A stretch of 64,000 nt of DNA from a virus: the IMG/VR virus record IMGVR_UViG_3300021962_000055, positions 1-64,000 of that record, one strand, 5' to 3'. A program made the position numbers and the translations under genes. Below, in pieces: positions 1 through 9,060 of this stretch. The notes under the pieces are model-generated. The model worked only from the letters and a program-made list of their open reading frames with translations, was not told the origin of the DNA and searched no databases. Position 1 is the first letter of the stretch. Each line of letters opens with the position of its first letter.

Positions 1-104
1 GCTGTTCCGACAGCAAGGCTCAGGGGAAAAGAGGTGCCAACAGGTGGCACCGCATGTTCCGCACCCGTGAGAAGCGGGAGTGGAGGAAGGAGCAATGGTC
101 ATGA
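1..104 (+). CDS. partial small basic protein (3' end)
   Basis: Open frame from the window edge (...RWHRMFRTREKREWRKEQWS*); its TGA overlaps the next ATG (ATGA). Confidence 0.5.
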   Translation, partial: CSDSKAQGKRGANRWHRMFRTREKREWRKEQWS

Positions 105-262
105 GAACCAAGCGCAAGGCCCGAGCCATCGGGTCGGATCGGTGGGGCACCATCTACCGATACGGCCTTTACGAGGACATGGACATCCTCCAGCAGGAGA
201 TCCTGTTCATCGAGAAGCTCAAGGAGCGACTCGCCCGCATCCCCGTCGTGGCTAGCAACTAG
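101..262 (+). CDS. hypothetical protein
   Basis: GGAAGGAG RBS and ATGA coupling; ends in a CTAG-N3-CTAG motif. Confidence 0.6.
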   Translation: MRTKRKARAIGSDRWGTIYRYGLYEDMDILQQEILFIEKLKERLARIPVVASN

Positions 263-281
263 CAGAAAGGACACGACAATC

Positions 282-542
282 GTGTTGGAAACCAGTTGGA
301 AAGCCCAAGCCAAGTTGTGGCGTCATGCCGCGCAGTGCTTGGCACAAGAACTTGAGGAGCTTGTCAACCTCCTCAACAAGACCGTCACAAAAGACAACCC
401 GGTGCCCATGGCCCCGTCGGTTGCGCTGTACAAGTTGACGGTGAAAGGCGTCGAAGCCGCCGAATCAGGCGACGTCGAGACGATGGGCCGCACACTCCGT
501 GAGGCCCGTAAACTCGTCGGAATCCCAGGCGAGGACCTCTAG
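282..542 (+). CDS. hypothetical protein
   Basis: GAAAGGA RBS; ORF fits the + strand gene run. Confidence 0.7.
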   Translation: MLETSWKAQAKLWRHAAQCLAQELEELVNLLNKTVTKDNPVPMAPSVALYKLTVKGVEAAESGDVETMGRTLREARKLVGIPGEDL

Positions 543-548
543 TCACTA

Positions 549-581
549 GGACGGCGGTGCGCCGCAACCGTGCCGCCGTCC
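549..581 (+). promoter_or_regulatory. intergenic GC-rich hairpin with CCGCAAC loop
   Basis: GGACGGCGGTGCG-ccgcaac-CGTGCCGCCGTCC; 13-bp stem with two G-U pairs. Confidence 0.65.
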
Positions 582-589
582 ATTTGCCT

Positions 590-706
590 ATGAGAAAGCT
601 CATCCGGCATACCTGCGGGTATGCGCTCGATCTCCTGTGCCGAGCAACTGGGCACAGGTACTGCATGACGCTCGGGGCTAAGTCGTGGCACCTGCTTAAC
701 GACTAG
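590..706 (+). CDS. small Cys/His-rich hypothetical protein (38 aa)
   Basis: MRKLIRHTCGYALDLLCRATGHRYCMTLGAKSWHLLND*; fills the gap and stops in a CTAG motif; RBS weak. Confidence 0.4.
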   Translation: MRKLIRHTCGYALDLLCRATGHRYCMTLGAKSWHLLND

Positions 707-774
707 CCACTAGCGGATACAGGGGTGCGTCTGTACAACGCACAACACCAACCCCAATGAGAAAGGACCACACA

Positions 775-1497
775 GTGGAAAACACCACTTTGCCCGAGTG
801 CTGGCAGGAGGTGGCCGACGCTGTGTCGGCTGGCATCCGTCAGATCATCTTGTTCGGCCCCCCCGGGACCGGCAAGACGTTCACGGGTACGCACTTCAAC
901 CTCAACGAGGCTGGTGCGTTCCGTGTCATCTGCAACGAGGACATGACCGACGCAGACGTGACCGGTCACTTCATGAACAGCCCGCAGGGCTTCGTCTGGA
1001 ACGAGGGCGCCGTCCTTCGTGCCTGGCGTGGCAACGGTGCTGTGGGTGGTCGAGTCGTCGCTGACGAGATCGACCGCGCCAGTGGTGACGTGCTCTCCAA
1101 GCTGTTGGCAATGTTCGACAGCCCCGATAGTGCGTCGTGGACTCACCCCGTCACGGGTGAGGTCGTGCGCCCCATGCCCGGGTTCTCGGTCTTCATGACC
1201 ACCAACCTGGAAGACATGACGGAGTTGCCGACTGCGCTCACGGATCGTTTCGCCGTGCGCATCCGCATCGATCAGCCCCACCCGGACGCTCTCGCACTCC
1301 TCGACGAGGATCTGCGTACCCCGGCGTCCAAGTCGGCTGACGCGCCTGGTGACAGGCGTATCTCCCTCCGTGGTTGGATGACGTTCCAGGACGTCCGTCG
1401 TGTCCACGGTGACGAGCGTGCGGCTCGACTCGTGTTCCGCCACATGGCGGACTCGATCCTCGATGCCATCCGCGTCAACGCAGTCACTAGTCACTAG
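775..1497 (+). CDS. MoxR/CbbQ-type AAA+ ATPase (copy 1)
   Basis: Walker A GPPGTGKT, Walker B VVADEID, TTN sensor I, ALTDRF arginine finger; GTG start after GAAAGGA. Confidence 0.9.
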   Translation: MENTTLPECWQEVADAVSAGIRQIILFGPPGTGKTFTGTHFNLNEAGAFRVICNEDMTDADVTGHFMNSPQGFVWNEGAVLRAWRGNGAVGGRVVADEIDRASGDVLSKLLAMFDSPDSASWTHPVTGEVVRPMPGFSVFMTTNLEDMTELPTALTDRFAVRIRIDQPHPDALALLDEDLRTPASKSADAPGDRRISLRGWMTFQDVRRVHGDERAARLVFRHMADSILDAIRVNAVTSH

Positions 1498-1509
1498 GAG
1501 GTGACCCCA

Positions 1510-2844
1510 ATGTCCGGTGCCCGTGTACCGGCATTCCCCGACTGGCTGGATCGGGAGGACGCTGACTCACGCAAGTGGTCAGTGTCCCCCGGTCACGCCG
1601 GGCCGGGCGGTGCCAGGACTGACGTCGCTAACAAGCGTATGGCAGTCCCTCTCGATGAGTCTCCTCTCGGTCGCTCAGTGCGCATCCGTGAGATGGTCAG
1701 GGCCAAGCTGTCCCCTGCCCATCTTGCTTCTGCCCCTGAGGATTGGGAAGAGGTGCCAAGCAACTACCGTGACATGGCCGAGGCACTACGTGCCAACGTC
1801 GTCGCCAAGACTGTGTACTCCGGTTACACAGCCAAGTGCGGTCACGAGAAGTTCCTTGCCGAGCAAGCAGTCAAGTCCCTCGATGCTAACTCCATCATGG
1901 ACTTGATCGTGCGCACGGCTCACACCGACGCAGCACGGTCAGTGATGACCAACCTGCGTAAGGCTGCCAAGGACAACCCCAAGGTGCTCAGGTTCATCAA
2001 CCAGGTGAACGACGCGTGCAAGTACTACCGGTTCCACGAACGCTTTGTGGATAACGAGTACTGGACGCACAACACCGAGGGTGACTCCCTTACCGGTGGT
2101 GACTACCAGTCGTACACCCTTGCCCAGTCTTTGGCTAACATGGGTGGCACTCAGCTAGTGCCTAGCACACCTGGCGACCTCAAGGTTGACGAAGGTACCG
2201 AGCGTACCTTGTCTGACGCTGGGTTTGCCAAGCTCATCCTCGACAAGGTTCCGCTCACCGAGCGTGTCGCGGGCAGGCTTGGGCGCAAGCGCATTGCTAC
2301 CAACATCGGTGTCAACCCGAGGCGTATCAACCGCATGCTCACTGACCCTGACATGCGTATCTTTGATCGCCGTGCCCGCAACATCGGTGGGGTTATCCTC
2401 ATCGACCAGTCGGGGTCGATGCACCTCAGCACCGACGACATCTGGGAACTCATCAAGGCCAGCCCTGGCTGTACCATCATCGGTTACAGCCACCATCCTG
2501 GCACTGAAGATGTACCCAACGTGTGGGTGCTGGCCGAGCGCGGTCATGTGTGCGCCGAGGTTCGTAGCGGCAACGGCGGTAACGGTGTCGATGGGCCTGC
2601 GTTGGTGTATGCACTGTCCAAGCACAAGAAGGGCGAGCCCTTTGTATGGGTTTGTGACGGCTACGTCACCAACCAGTACGACGACTACACGCCCAGGGGT
2701 GCGGAGTTCTGCCGTGCCTTTGTGCGTAAGCATCGTATCCACATGGCGAACAACGTCAAAGAGGGTATCGAAGCCCTCAAGCAAGTGCGCGACGGCAAGA
2801 AATTGCCAACACGGCTGACCGGCAGTCTCAACGGCGGTCACTAG
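1510..2844 (+). CDS. vWA (MIDAS) domain protein, partner of the AAA ATPase
   Basis: ILIDQSGSM MIDAS motif and VWVCDG; directly downstream of the MoxR ATPase. Confidence 0.8.
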   Translation: MSGARVPAFPDWLDREDADSRKWSVSPGHAGPGGARTDVANKRMAVPLDESPLGRSVRIREMVRAKLSPAHLASAPEDWEEVPSNYRDMAEALRANVVAKTVYSGYTAKCGHEKFLAEQAVKSLDANSIMDLIVRTAHTDAARSVMTNLRKAAKDNPKVLRFINQVNDACKYYRFHERFVDNEYWTHNTEGDSLTGGDYQSYTLAQSLANMGGTQLVPSTPGDLKVDEGTERTLSDAGFAKLILDKVPLTERVAGRLGRKRIATNIGVNPRRINRMLTDPDMRIFDRRARNIGGVILIDQSGSMHLSTDDIWELIKASPGCTIIGYSHHPGTEDVPNVWVLAERGHVCAEVRSGNGGNGVDGPALVYALSKHKKGEPFVWVCDGYVTNQYDDYTPRGAEFCRAFVRKHRIHMANNVKEGIEALKQVRDGKKLPTRLTGSLNGGH

Positions 2845-2857
2845 TCGCTAGCCAACA

Positions 2858-2892
2858 GGGACGGGCGCACGCCGCAATCGTGCGCCCGTCCC
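2858..2892 (+). promoter_or_regulatory. intergenic hairpin with CCGCAAT loop
   Basis: Perfect 14-bp stem GGGACGGGCGCACG/CGTGCGCCCGTCCC; related to the hairpin at 549. Confidence 0.7.
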
Positions 2893-2915
2893 ATAACCAA
2901 CAGAAAGGAAACCCC

Positions 2916-3245
2916 ATGCTTCCTGCTATGGAGCGACCACCCAGCGGAGTCATCGTCTTCGCTGACGACGAGGGCAACTGGATCCTCTCGGCAAACAGGG
3001 TCAGCATGATCACTGTCACCGAAGAGGTCCGGCGCAGCATGAAAGCCCAAGCCATCGCCATGACAGACATGGACGAGTACGAGATTGACGAGCGTATCCC
3101 ACCCATCGGGGAGGAGATCGGTCGCATCGAATCAGCCAACCGTCAGGTCGAATCTCTCGAAGAGGCTGCCTCGATCATTCCTTTGCTCTGGGAGTGGATC
3201 ATGGGGTTCTCTGACGACCTGCCCGAAGAAATGGAGAAAGAGTGA
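2916..3245 (+). CDS. acidic hypothetical protein
   Basis: GAAAGGA RBS, ORF. Confidence 0.7.
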   Translation: MLPAMERPPSGVIVFADDEGNWILSANRVSMITVTEEVRRSMKAQAIAMTDMDEYEIDERIPPIGEEIGRIESANRQVESLEEAASIIPLLWEWIMGFSDDLPEEMEKE

Positions 3246-3793
3246 CTCCCACAGTCCAAGACCTCTGGTCTCACATAAGTAACAAGATTGCCAACAAGGT
3301 TGCCAATCCTTACGAGGATCTGTTGGCAACGATCATCCCAATCGATGAGGACGGCAAGTTCTGTGCTCACATCTCGGCACATGACAAGCCAGAGTACAAC
3401 GGCGACAGCTACGACATGATCAGGGCTCTGTGTTTCACCACGGAACTACTGCCCACCAAGTCGTTCGGGTACATGTGCCCAGCCATTGCCCGTGACCCAG
3501 AGACCGGAGAGGTCGCCAAGACGATCATCTCATTTGCTCTTGTCATCGAACACGGCAACGTGGTGTTCGGGTACTGGGATCTCGACACCAACGAGGTCGA
3601 GTACATGGATAAGGAGGAAGACCAGGGTTACAAGGGTGAGTTGCCCATCGCCCTGTCTGCCCTGTCCCTCAAGTGGGAACTCGACAGGGGTGGTCTTGGC
3701 GAGGTGGGTGACGCAATGCGTGACGCCCTCAAGGCAGCCGAGAAGGCTCGGGAAGCAATCCACAAGGTCATCAAGATGGAGGAGACCAACTAG
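3242..3793 (+). CDS. hypothetical protein
   Basis: GTGA-coupled ORF, 183 aa. Confidence 0.75.
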   Translation: MTPTVQDLWSHISNKIANKVANPYEDLLATIIPIDEDGKFCAHISAHDKPEYNGDSYDMIRALCFTTELLPTKSFGYMCPAIARDPETGEVAKTIISFALVIEHGNVVFGYWDLDTNEVEYMDKEEDQGYKGELPIALSALSLKWELDRGGLGEVGDAMRDALKAAEKAREAIHKVIKMEETN

Positions 3794-4113
3794 TGACTAG
3801 CACTTACAAAGAGAAACGCAAGCTCACTACGGCGTCTGATGCCTGGCACTTCATTCGCCAGCGTCAGCCGTTCAAGACCAGTGGCGCTTTGTGGGGTACC
3901 AAGGAAGCAGTAGGCTCGGGCCGTCTTGACGGAATCGAGCTGATCCAGTTCCGTAGGGCAATCGAGGAAGGTCACATCGATTTCATCGTCATGTCGTACC
4001 ACACCCCAATCGCCTGGTATAACAAGACACTCAAGAAGTGGCACCTGGTGAACGAGAAGTTCTCAGTTACCACCAGCAAGCACCAAACCATCACAAGAAG
4101 GGCAGTCTCATGA
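3793..4113 (+). CDS. conserved phage hypothetical protein (SYxTPIA...S.TTSKHQ type)
   Basis: Motif typical of small early actinophage proteins; start lies inside a CTAG motif. Confidence 0.7.
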   Translation: MTSTYKEKRKLTTASDAWHFIRQRQPFKTSGALWGTKEAVGSGRLDGIELIQFRRAIEEGHIDFIVMSYHTPIAWYNKTLKKWHLVNEKFSVTTSKHQTITRRAVS

Positions 4114-4415
4114 TCACAGAAGATGATGACGTAGTACTAGTGGTAGTGCCACTGTCATACGTCATGCTCCTTGAATCCATCGCCAACTTCGATCCCGATT
4201 GGGCGAGTAGCGAGGATTGGGAGCACATCGACGATGTACGAAGTATCCTCATCGAGGACACCGAGGTGCTAGCCACCGTAGGAATGCTCAACGAATCATG
4301 GGATCCTGACATGGACGACAACCAACCCAGGGATTTCACGATGCTCCCCAACCCGAGGCCCGAGATCTCTCGGTACTCGCTCAACCAGTTAGGAGAAGAT
4401 CCTGATGACGAGTGA
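4110..4415 (+). CDS. acidic hypothetical protein
   Basis: ATGA-coupled ORF. Confidence 0.6.
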   Translation: MITEDDDVVLVVVPLSYVMLLESIANFDPDWASSEDWEHIDDVRSILIEDTEVLATVGMLNESWDPDMDDNQPRDFTMLPNPRPEISRYSLNQLGEDPDDE

Positions 4416-4587
4416 GCTAGCCACTAGCGAGGACGAGGTAGTCAATGAGGCTTTGCGCATCATCGACAACGCCCTGTCCTCATACGGCAAGAACAGCATT
4501 GTCCCAGGCGAGGCTTTCAAGGATTGCCTGCTAGACCTGCGCATCCTTATCGCCTCCAAGCCCAAGGAGGAACCCGTTGCTGAGTAA
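4405..4587 (+). CDS. hypothetical protein
   Basis: AGGAG RBS, ORF. Confidence 0.6.
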   Translation: MTSELATSEDEVVNEALRIIDNALSSYGKNSIVPGEAFKDCLLDLRILIASKPKEEPVAE

Positions 4588-4987
4588 GGCAACAGTTGTT
4601 ATCGGCTTGGCCGTGCTGTCAGCGTGCAGCACTGCCGAGTCGAATGACACGACAACTCTGGTGGCACTTGAGACGAGCACCGTCGCAACTGTGCCGCCGT
4701 CCAATACAACGTACTACTCGCCCGCAAAGATCGCCTTTGTTGACGATGTGTACTACTACTACGGGGCATCCGTGCCCCTTGGTGCCGATGACCTACTTGA
4801 GTTTGGTGACACCTGGTGCTATGCACTAGAGACGGGCATGGGTGGGTCAGATGTATCAGAGCGCATAAGAGAGGGCGCTATTGATAACAACGACGCGAAC
4901 CTCCACTACGCGATCGTTAGGGCGGCAGTGTTCAACCTGTGCCCCGAGCAGCAATACAAGTGGATTGACGTTGCTAACAGCAGATAA
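4577..4987 (+). CDS. lipoprotein, DUF732-like
   Basis: Signal peptide with lipobox LSAC, Thr-rich linker, G..WC and AAVFNLCP Cys pair. Confidence 0.65.
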   Translation: MLSKATVVIGLAVLSACSTAESNDTTTLVALETSTVATVPPSNTTYYSPAKIAFVDDVYYYYGASVPLGADDLLEFGDTWCYALETGMGGSDVSERIREGAIDNNDANLHYAIVRAAVFNLCPEQQYKWIDVANSR

Positions 4988-4996
4988 GGAGAGGTA

Positions 4997-5485
4997 ATGG
5001 ACATGCGTTACGAGATAGCCCAGGCTATGCGCAAAATCCCCGACCACGCACCTGACATCAAGGACTTCTTCCCAGACGGGATCCGCTTTGACAATGGTGA
5101 GTGGGAAATTGACGATGTTGTCAAGCTGTACGAGTACAAGCACGAGCACTTCTGGCATAACATCGCCCAGTCTGCCATGCGTGATGAGTTGATTCCGTGT
5201 GCTACGTACATCAACCAAATCCGACGTGAGATCGGGCTTGATAAGGACGAGGATGAAGAGTTCTTTGAGCGCCTTATGTTCGCTGGCTCACTTGTCAGTG
5301 AAGACCGTAGGTACCGAGCACTATCGGACGACGAGCGTGAGGAGATCGACCTTATCCGTAAGGACCTCAACGAACAGTTTGCCGACCCCGAATCGGAGTT
5401 CAACAATGTCTTGGCTCAGGCAATGGATGCGGTGAACTCCAAGATGGATGACATCGAGTCTCTCAACAAATTACTGGAGGAATGA
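4997..5485 (+). CDS. acidic hypothetical protein
   Basis: AAGGAGAGG RBS, ORF. Confidence 0.75.
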   Translation: MDMRYEIAQAMRKIPDHAPDIKDFFPDGIRFDNGEWEIDDVVKLYEYKHEHFWHNIAQSAMRDELIPCATYINQIRREIGLDKDEDEEFFERLMFAGSLVSEDRRYRALSDDEREEIDLIRKDLNEQFADPESEFNNVLAQAMDAVNSKMDDIESLNKLLEE

Positions 5486-5486
5486 C

Positions 5487-6002
5487 ATGACAAGGAACAT
5501 CTGCCTAGTGTCTAGCAAGGGTGGTCAAGGTATCACCACTACCACCTTGTTGCTGGCCCGGAGTTTCGAGGAGCAGGGCCTCACTGTTGCTGTCGTCGAT
5601 AAGGATGACGGTGACCTGAGGGCTGCGATGGGCGTCCCATACACTGATGACGCCACTTACCGAGTAACCGATAAGGTTACGTGGCACCGTCACGGAACAG
5701 TTGTCGAGGCTGACGTTGCTATCTACGACAACTGTGTACCCCACACCAACAAGTACGAAACGTACGTGGTTGTGCGTAACTGCTACCTGTCCATCAGGCG
5801 CAACATGGACACACCTGGTGATGGCGTAATCGTTGTGTTGGATAAGGCACGAGCCCTTACCGATTCTGACGTACAGTCAGTGCTTCGTAAGCCTGTGTCT
5901 GTGGTGGTGCCCATCGACAACGCCATCGTCAAGAAGGTGGATGCCGGTCTGTTCGACAGGCTCCCCACCAAGTTCACCATTGACCCACTAGTAACTAGCT
6001 AA
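5487..6002 (+). CDS. MinD/ParA-fold protein of the actinobacterial Ssd/CpaE-like type
   Basis: Deviant Walker A SKGGQGITT, AVVD, CYLSIRR, C-terminal VDAGL..RLP. Confidence 0.65.
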   Translation: MTRNICLVSSKGGQGITTTTLLLARSFEEQGLTVAVVDKDDGDLRAAMGVPYTDDATYRVTDKVTWHRHGTVVEADVAIYDNCVPHTNKYETYVVVRNCYLSIRRNMDTPGDGVIVVLDKARALTDSDVQSVLRKPVSVVVPIDNAIVKKVDAGLFDRLPTKFTIDPLVTS

Positions 6003-6012
6003 GGAGAACCAC

Positions 6013-6366
6013 ATGAAGAAGTACAAGTTCAAGTTCCCCGCCACGATCAGCATGACAAGTGAGGACCTCTTCGATCATTTGATCGGGTCAGGCGCCAGTT
6101 GTTATCCGTGGTGGCGAACTGTTGACCTGAACGATGAAGGATTCCTCCTGCTTGAAGCAGACAGCGAGACCGACATCGACGGAGTAGAGCCCCCCATCAG
6201 CAAAACGTTGACCATCGACGAGGTTGTTGCTGGGATCCAGGCTATGCTTGACGACCCCAAGTGCCCCGAGTCGGTCACGTGGGCGTTTCAAAACGACGAC
6301 ATTGACTCGGACGCAGCGGACGTAATTCTTCAGACGCTGTTGTTCGGTCAGACAATCTTCGCATAG
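6013..6366 (+). CDS. hypothetical protein
   Basis: AAGGAG RBS; DAADVILQ..LFG motif seen in phage proteins. Confidence 0.75.
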   Translation: MKKYKFKFPATISMTSEDLFDHLIGSGASCYPWWRTVDLNDEGFLLLEADSETDIDGVEPPISKTLTIDEVVAGIQAMLDDPKCPESVTWAFQNDDIDSDAADVILQTLLFGQTIFA

Positions 6367-6368
6367 AG

Positions 6369-6473
6369 TCGGTGGCGTGCTGGCACACGCCAACGAATGG
6401 TCTTGTTCGCAAGACCACAACGAGCCGCAATCGTGGCGGCGTCCCAAAACCCGGGGTTCTCATGGCCCTGGTT
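6369..6473 (+). other. multi-hairpin intergenic element (possible structured leader RNA)
   Basis: Four consecutive stem-loops including TGGTCTTG-TTCG-CAAGACCA and GCCGC-AATCGTG-GCGGC. Confidence 0.5.
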
Positions 6474-6493
6474 ACCAACCAAGGAGGGTTACT

Positions 6494-7327
6494 TTGAGAG
6501 TAACACTTGAAACCATCACACCGCAGGATGCCGAACGGCTACTGCAGTACAACGCGGGTAATCGCTTCATCCGCAAGAAGCGTGTTGCCCTCTATGCCAA
6601 GCAGATGGCCAATGGCCAGTGGCGGGCAACCGGTGAAGCACTCAAGTTCAGTAGTACTGGCCGTCTTCTCGATGGTCAGCACAGACTTCACGCTGTGGTT
6701 TTGGCAGGCGTGCCTACCCAGTTCTTGGTCATCCGTGACCTCGATGATGAAGTTTTCAAAGTACTGGACAGCGGGCTTGCCCGTGGTGCTTCGGACGTTG
6801 TCCGTTCGCTCGGAGTTGGCAGTCCCAGTGATGCCAGTGCAATCACTCGCATGTACCTAGTGGCTAGCAGTGGGTTGAACCCGGCTAACACGAACGTCAT
6901 GACGCTTGTGACGAAGACAGACATCGCTTCCTACGTCGAGACCCACAAGGATCTTCTGACGGAGACAACCAGCGTATCGCGCAATACCCGCAATGCTGTG
7001 GGTGGGTCCACTACGTCTTGGGGTGCTGCGAGGCTCATGGCTTCCGACACTGTTGGTGTTGCGGAGTTCGACAAGTTTGTTGCCGGAGTTGTCTCTGGCG
7101 CTGGCCTTTCGGCTGGCGACCCGAGGTTGGCTTTGCGCAACTGGCTTAGCCGTAACTTCAAGCCGAGTACTTCTGGTGTTACCGCTGCGGTGCACCTCGG
7201 TACGTACATGAAGGCATTCGTTGCCTACCTCAACGGGGATCAGATCCACCTGCTCAGGACGTGGGATCCCAAAAAGCCCATGCCCATTCCGGTGGCCACC
7301 CCGTCATCGGTCATCTTCACTAGCTGA
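6494..7327 (+). CDS. ParB/Srx-like DGQHR domain protein
   Basis: N..NR motif and LLDGQHRL; TTG start after AAGGAGG. Confidence 0.8.
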   Translation: MRVTLETITPQDAERLLQYNAGNRFIRKKRVALYAKQMANGQWRATGEALKFSSTGRLLDGQHRLHAVVLAGVPTQFLVIRDLDDEVFKVLDSGLARGASDVVRSLGVGSPSDASAITRMYLVASSGLNPANTNVMTLVTKTDIASYVETHKDLLTETTSVSRNTRNAVGGSTTSWGAARLMASDTVGVAEFDKFVAGVVSGAGLSAGDPRLALRNWLSRNFKPSTSGVTAAVHLGTYMKAFVAYLNGDQIHLLRTWDPKKPMPIPVATPSSVIFTS

Positions 7328-7338
7328 CCATTCACCAC

Positions 7339-7371
7339 GGTGGTGCCCTAGCGGCTAGCTGGGGCACCACC
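7339..7371 (+). promoter_or_regulatory. intergenic hairpin containing a CTAG-N3-CTAG copy
   Basis: GGTGGTGCCCTAGC-ggcta-GCTGGGGCACCACC. Confidence 0.6.
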
Positions 7372-7390
7372 ACAATCAAGGAGAACCACC

Positions 7391-7819
7391 ATGACCACAA
7401 CCATTGAACACAAGTTCCAAGCCTTTGAAAAGGCATACGAAGAGGCATGCGACTGGGATTCAGTCCATTCTCTGTGGTCCATCAGTGCTGAGACGAACGG
7501 TCCCGCGTTGGCCGTACACGTCAGTGACTTTGATGAGCCTTATGAAATGGTCGACGCGTTTGTTGACCTCGGAATCGAGGGTCGAGCGATGGTCGTCATG
7601 TACGGGTGGGCGGCACCTTACAAGCCAGGCGAAGACGACACACGCCCGTCTCAACACGAAGCCCGTATCAGGGTCAGGTTGTACATCTTCCTTGACCACG
7701 GTACGGTGTACACCGCTATGCGTATGCGGGGAGGAGAGTTGGACACCGACATGAGTGATGCTGGTGGTCCTCTCGACGAAGCAATCAAGGAAGCAATCAA
7801 CAGGAAGAAGAACAAGTGA
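7391..7819 (+). CDS. hypothetical protein (RPSxHxxR type)
   Basis: AAGGAG RBS; GWAAP...RPSQHEARIRVR. Confidence 0.75.
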   Translation: MTTTIEHKFQAFEKAYEEACDWDSVHSLWSISAETNGPALAVHVSDFDEPYEMVDAFVDLGIEGRAMVVMYGWAAPYKPGEDDTRPSQHEARIRVRLYIFLDHGTVYTAMRMRGGELDTDMSDAGGPLDEAIKEAINRKKNK

Positions 7820-8052
7820 GTACCAAGATCAACGTCCATGCCAACAACGACAAGGACCGAGTGTCCTTGGAGACGAACACCTATGACCACACCAACGGTT
7901 CTGCGATTAGGTTTCACACGATTGAACTGTCGTACGCTGGAATCAACATCGTACTGTTCGTGAATGACGATGAGGCACTCATCGACTCCCTCAACAAGGT
8001 CATCGACGGCGCTCAGGCCAAGCTCGATGCCATGTTGTCCGTGGGTGTCTAG
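7816..8052 (+). CDS. hypothetical protein
   Basis: GTGA-coupled ORF. Confidence 0.65.
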   Translation: MSTKINVHANNDKDRVSLETNTYDHTNGSAIRFHTIELSYAGINIVLFVNDDEALIDSLNKVIDGAQAKLDAMLSVGV

Positions 8053-8369
8053 TGGCTAGCAACTTCAGTGACGGGGCCTGTTACATAGTGATAGGCCCCG
8101 TCACATGGGAAGACACGGGGACCACCGAGCACCATACGATCATTGTCGATCCTTCTTTGGAATACGACATTGACGAGGATGGTGAAGCCTTGTACGTAGC
8201 TGAGTCTGCTGGCGAAGTGTTCGACCTAGTAGCCAACATGCACGACAGCCCTAATTTTGGATGGGTTCTCAACGACATTACCTGTGTCAAGTACATGGGA
8301 AAGGTCTACGAGGGCGCTGCTGCCTGGAACAAGTTGGAGTCAATCCATTTGGAGGAGATCAATGCCTAA
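8052..8369 (+). CDS. acidic hypothetical protein
   Basis: Coupled ORF starting inside a CTAG motif. Confidence 0.6.
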   Translation: MASNFSDGACYIVIGPVTWEDTGTTEHHTIIVDPSLEYDIDEDGEALYVAESAGEVFDLVANMHDSPNFGWVLNDITCVKYMGKVYEGAAAWNKLESIHLEEINA

Positions 8370-9060
8370 CTGGTGTTCTAACTACACAACGGTGTACGGC
8401 CCTAAAGATAAGCTTCAAAAGTTTATCGATAAGGTAACACCTGCTTACCCGAAGCTTCATGGAGAGATCTCTTTGAAGCGGTTGATGCCAATGCCTATGG
8501 TGCTTCGCAAGCCACCTAAGCATCTGGCTCACAAGTTCTCAAAGTTTCCCATCAGCCAGGAAGAGAAGGAAATAGCTGACGCCAAAGCTGCGGATTACAC
8601 GGCTCTCTGCATTGAGAAGACTGGGTACTCCGACTGGTACCCATGGGCTGACGTCAACTGGGGTACCAAGTGGGGTGACTGCGAAACCCGTGTACTCACC
8701 CCGCTATCACCTCTCAAAGAAGCGGTCGATCTATGGACTGGTGCTAAGGACATCCATTACATCGAGTTTGCCTACGACACGGCGTGGGGACCGTTCTGCA
8801 CGACGTTTTGGGAAAAGGTGTCAAAGAAATACAAGGGACTTGTGTTTGTTACAAAGTTTCACGAACCTGGCATGGACTTCCTGGGCATCTACGTCACTCG
8901 CGATGGTGTTACCAAAGTCTCTATCGAAGAGCGCATCAGTGAAGTTTCTACCGCACCAGATGACGGTGAGTGGAACGAAGAGTTCTGGGCACAGATGTAC
9001 GACTTCTTAAACAAGCAAGAAGAAATCGGAGTAATGAGAGTTGGCTTATGCCTAAAGTAA
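8362..9060 (+). CDS. YubB/DUF1281-like ferredoxin-fold protein
   Basis: MPNWCSN start, NWGTKW, YDTAWGP, HEPGMDFLG motifs. Confidence 0.75.
   Translation: MPNWCSNYTTVYGPKDKLQKFIDKVTPAYPKLHGEISLKRLMPMPMVLRKPPKHLAHKFSKFPISQEEKEIADAKAADYTALCIEKTGYSDWYPWADVNWGTKWGDCETRVLTPLSPLKEAVDLWTGAKDIHYIEFAYDTAWGPFCTTFWEKVSKKYKGLVFVTKFHEPGMDFLGIYVTRDGVTKVSIEERISEVSTAPDDGEWNEEFWAQMYDFLNKQEEIGVMRVGLCLK

Noticed and set aside
703-2841. Long antisense ORFs (703-1494, 2155-2841 and similar)
   Set aside because: Shadow frames of GC-rich genes; their ends coincide with the palindromic CTAG stops
5487-7327. Canonical parABS plasmid-prophage partition cassette
   Set aside because: The ATPase-fold protein lacks the Walker A lysine and looks Ssd/CpaE-like, the genes are not adjacent, and the DGQHR protein has no clear ParB HTH
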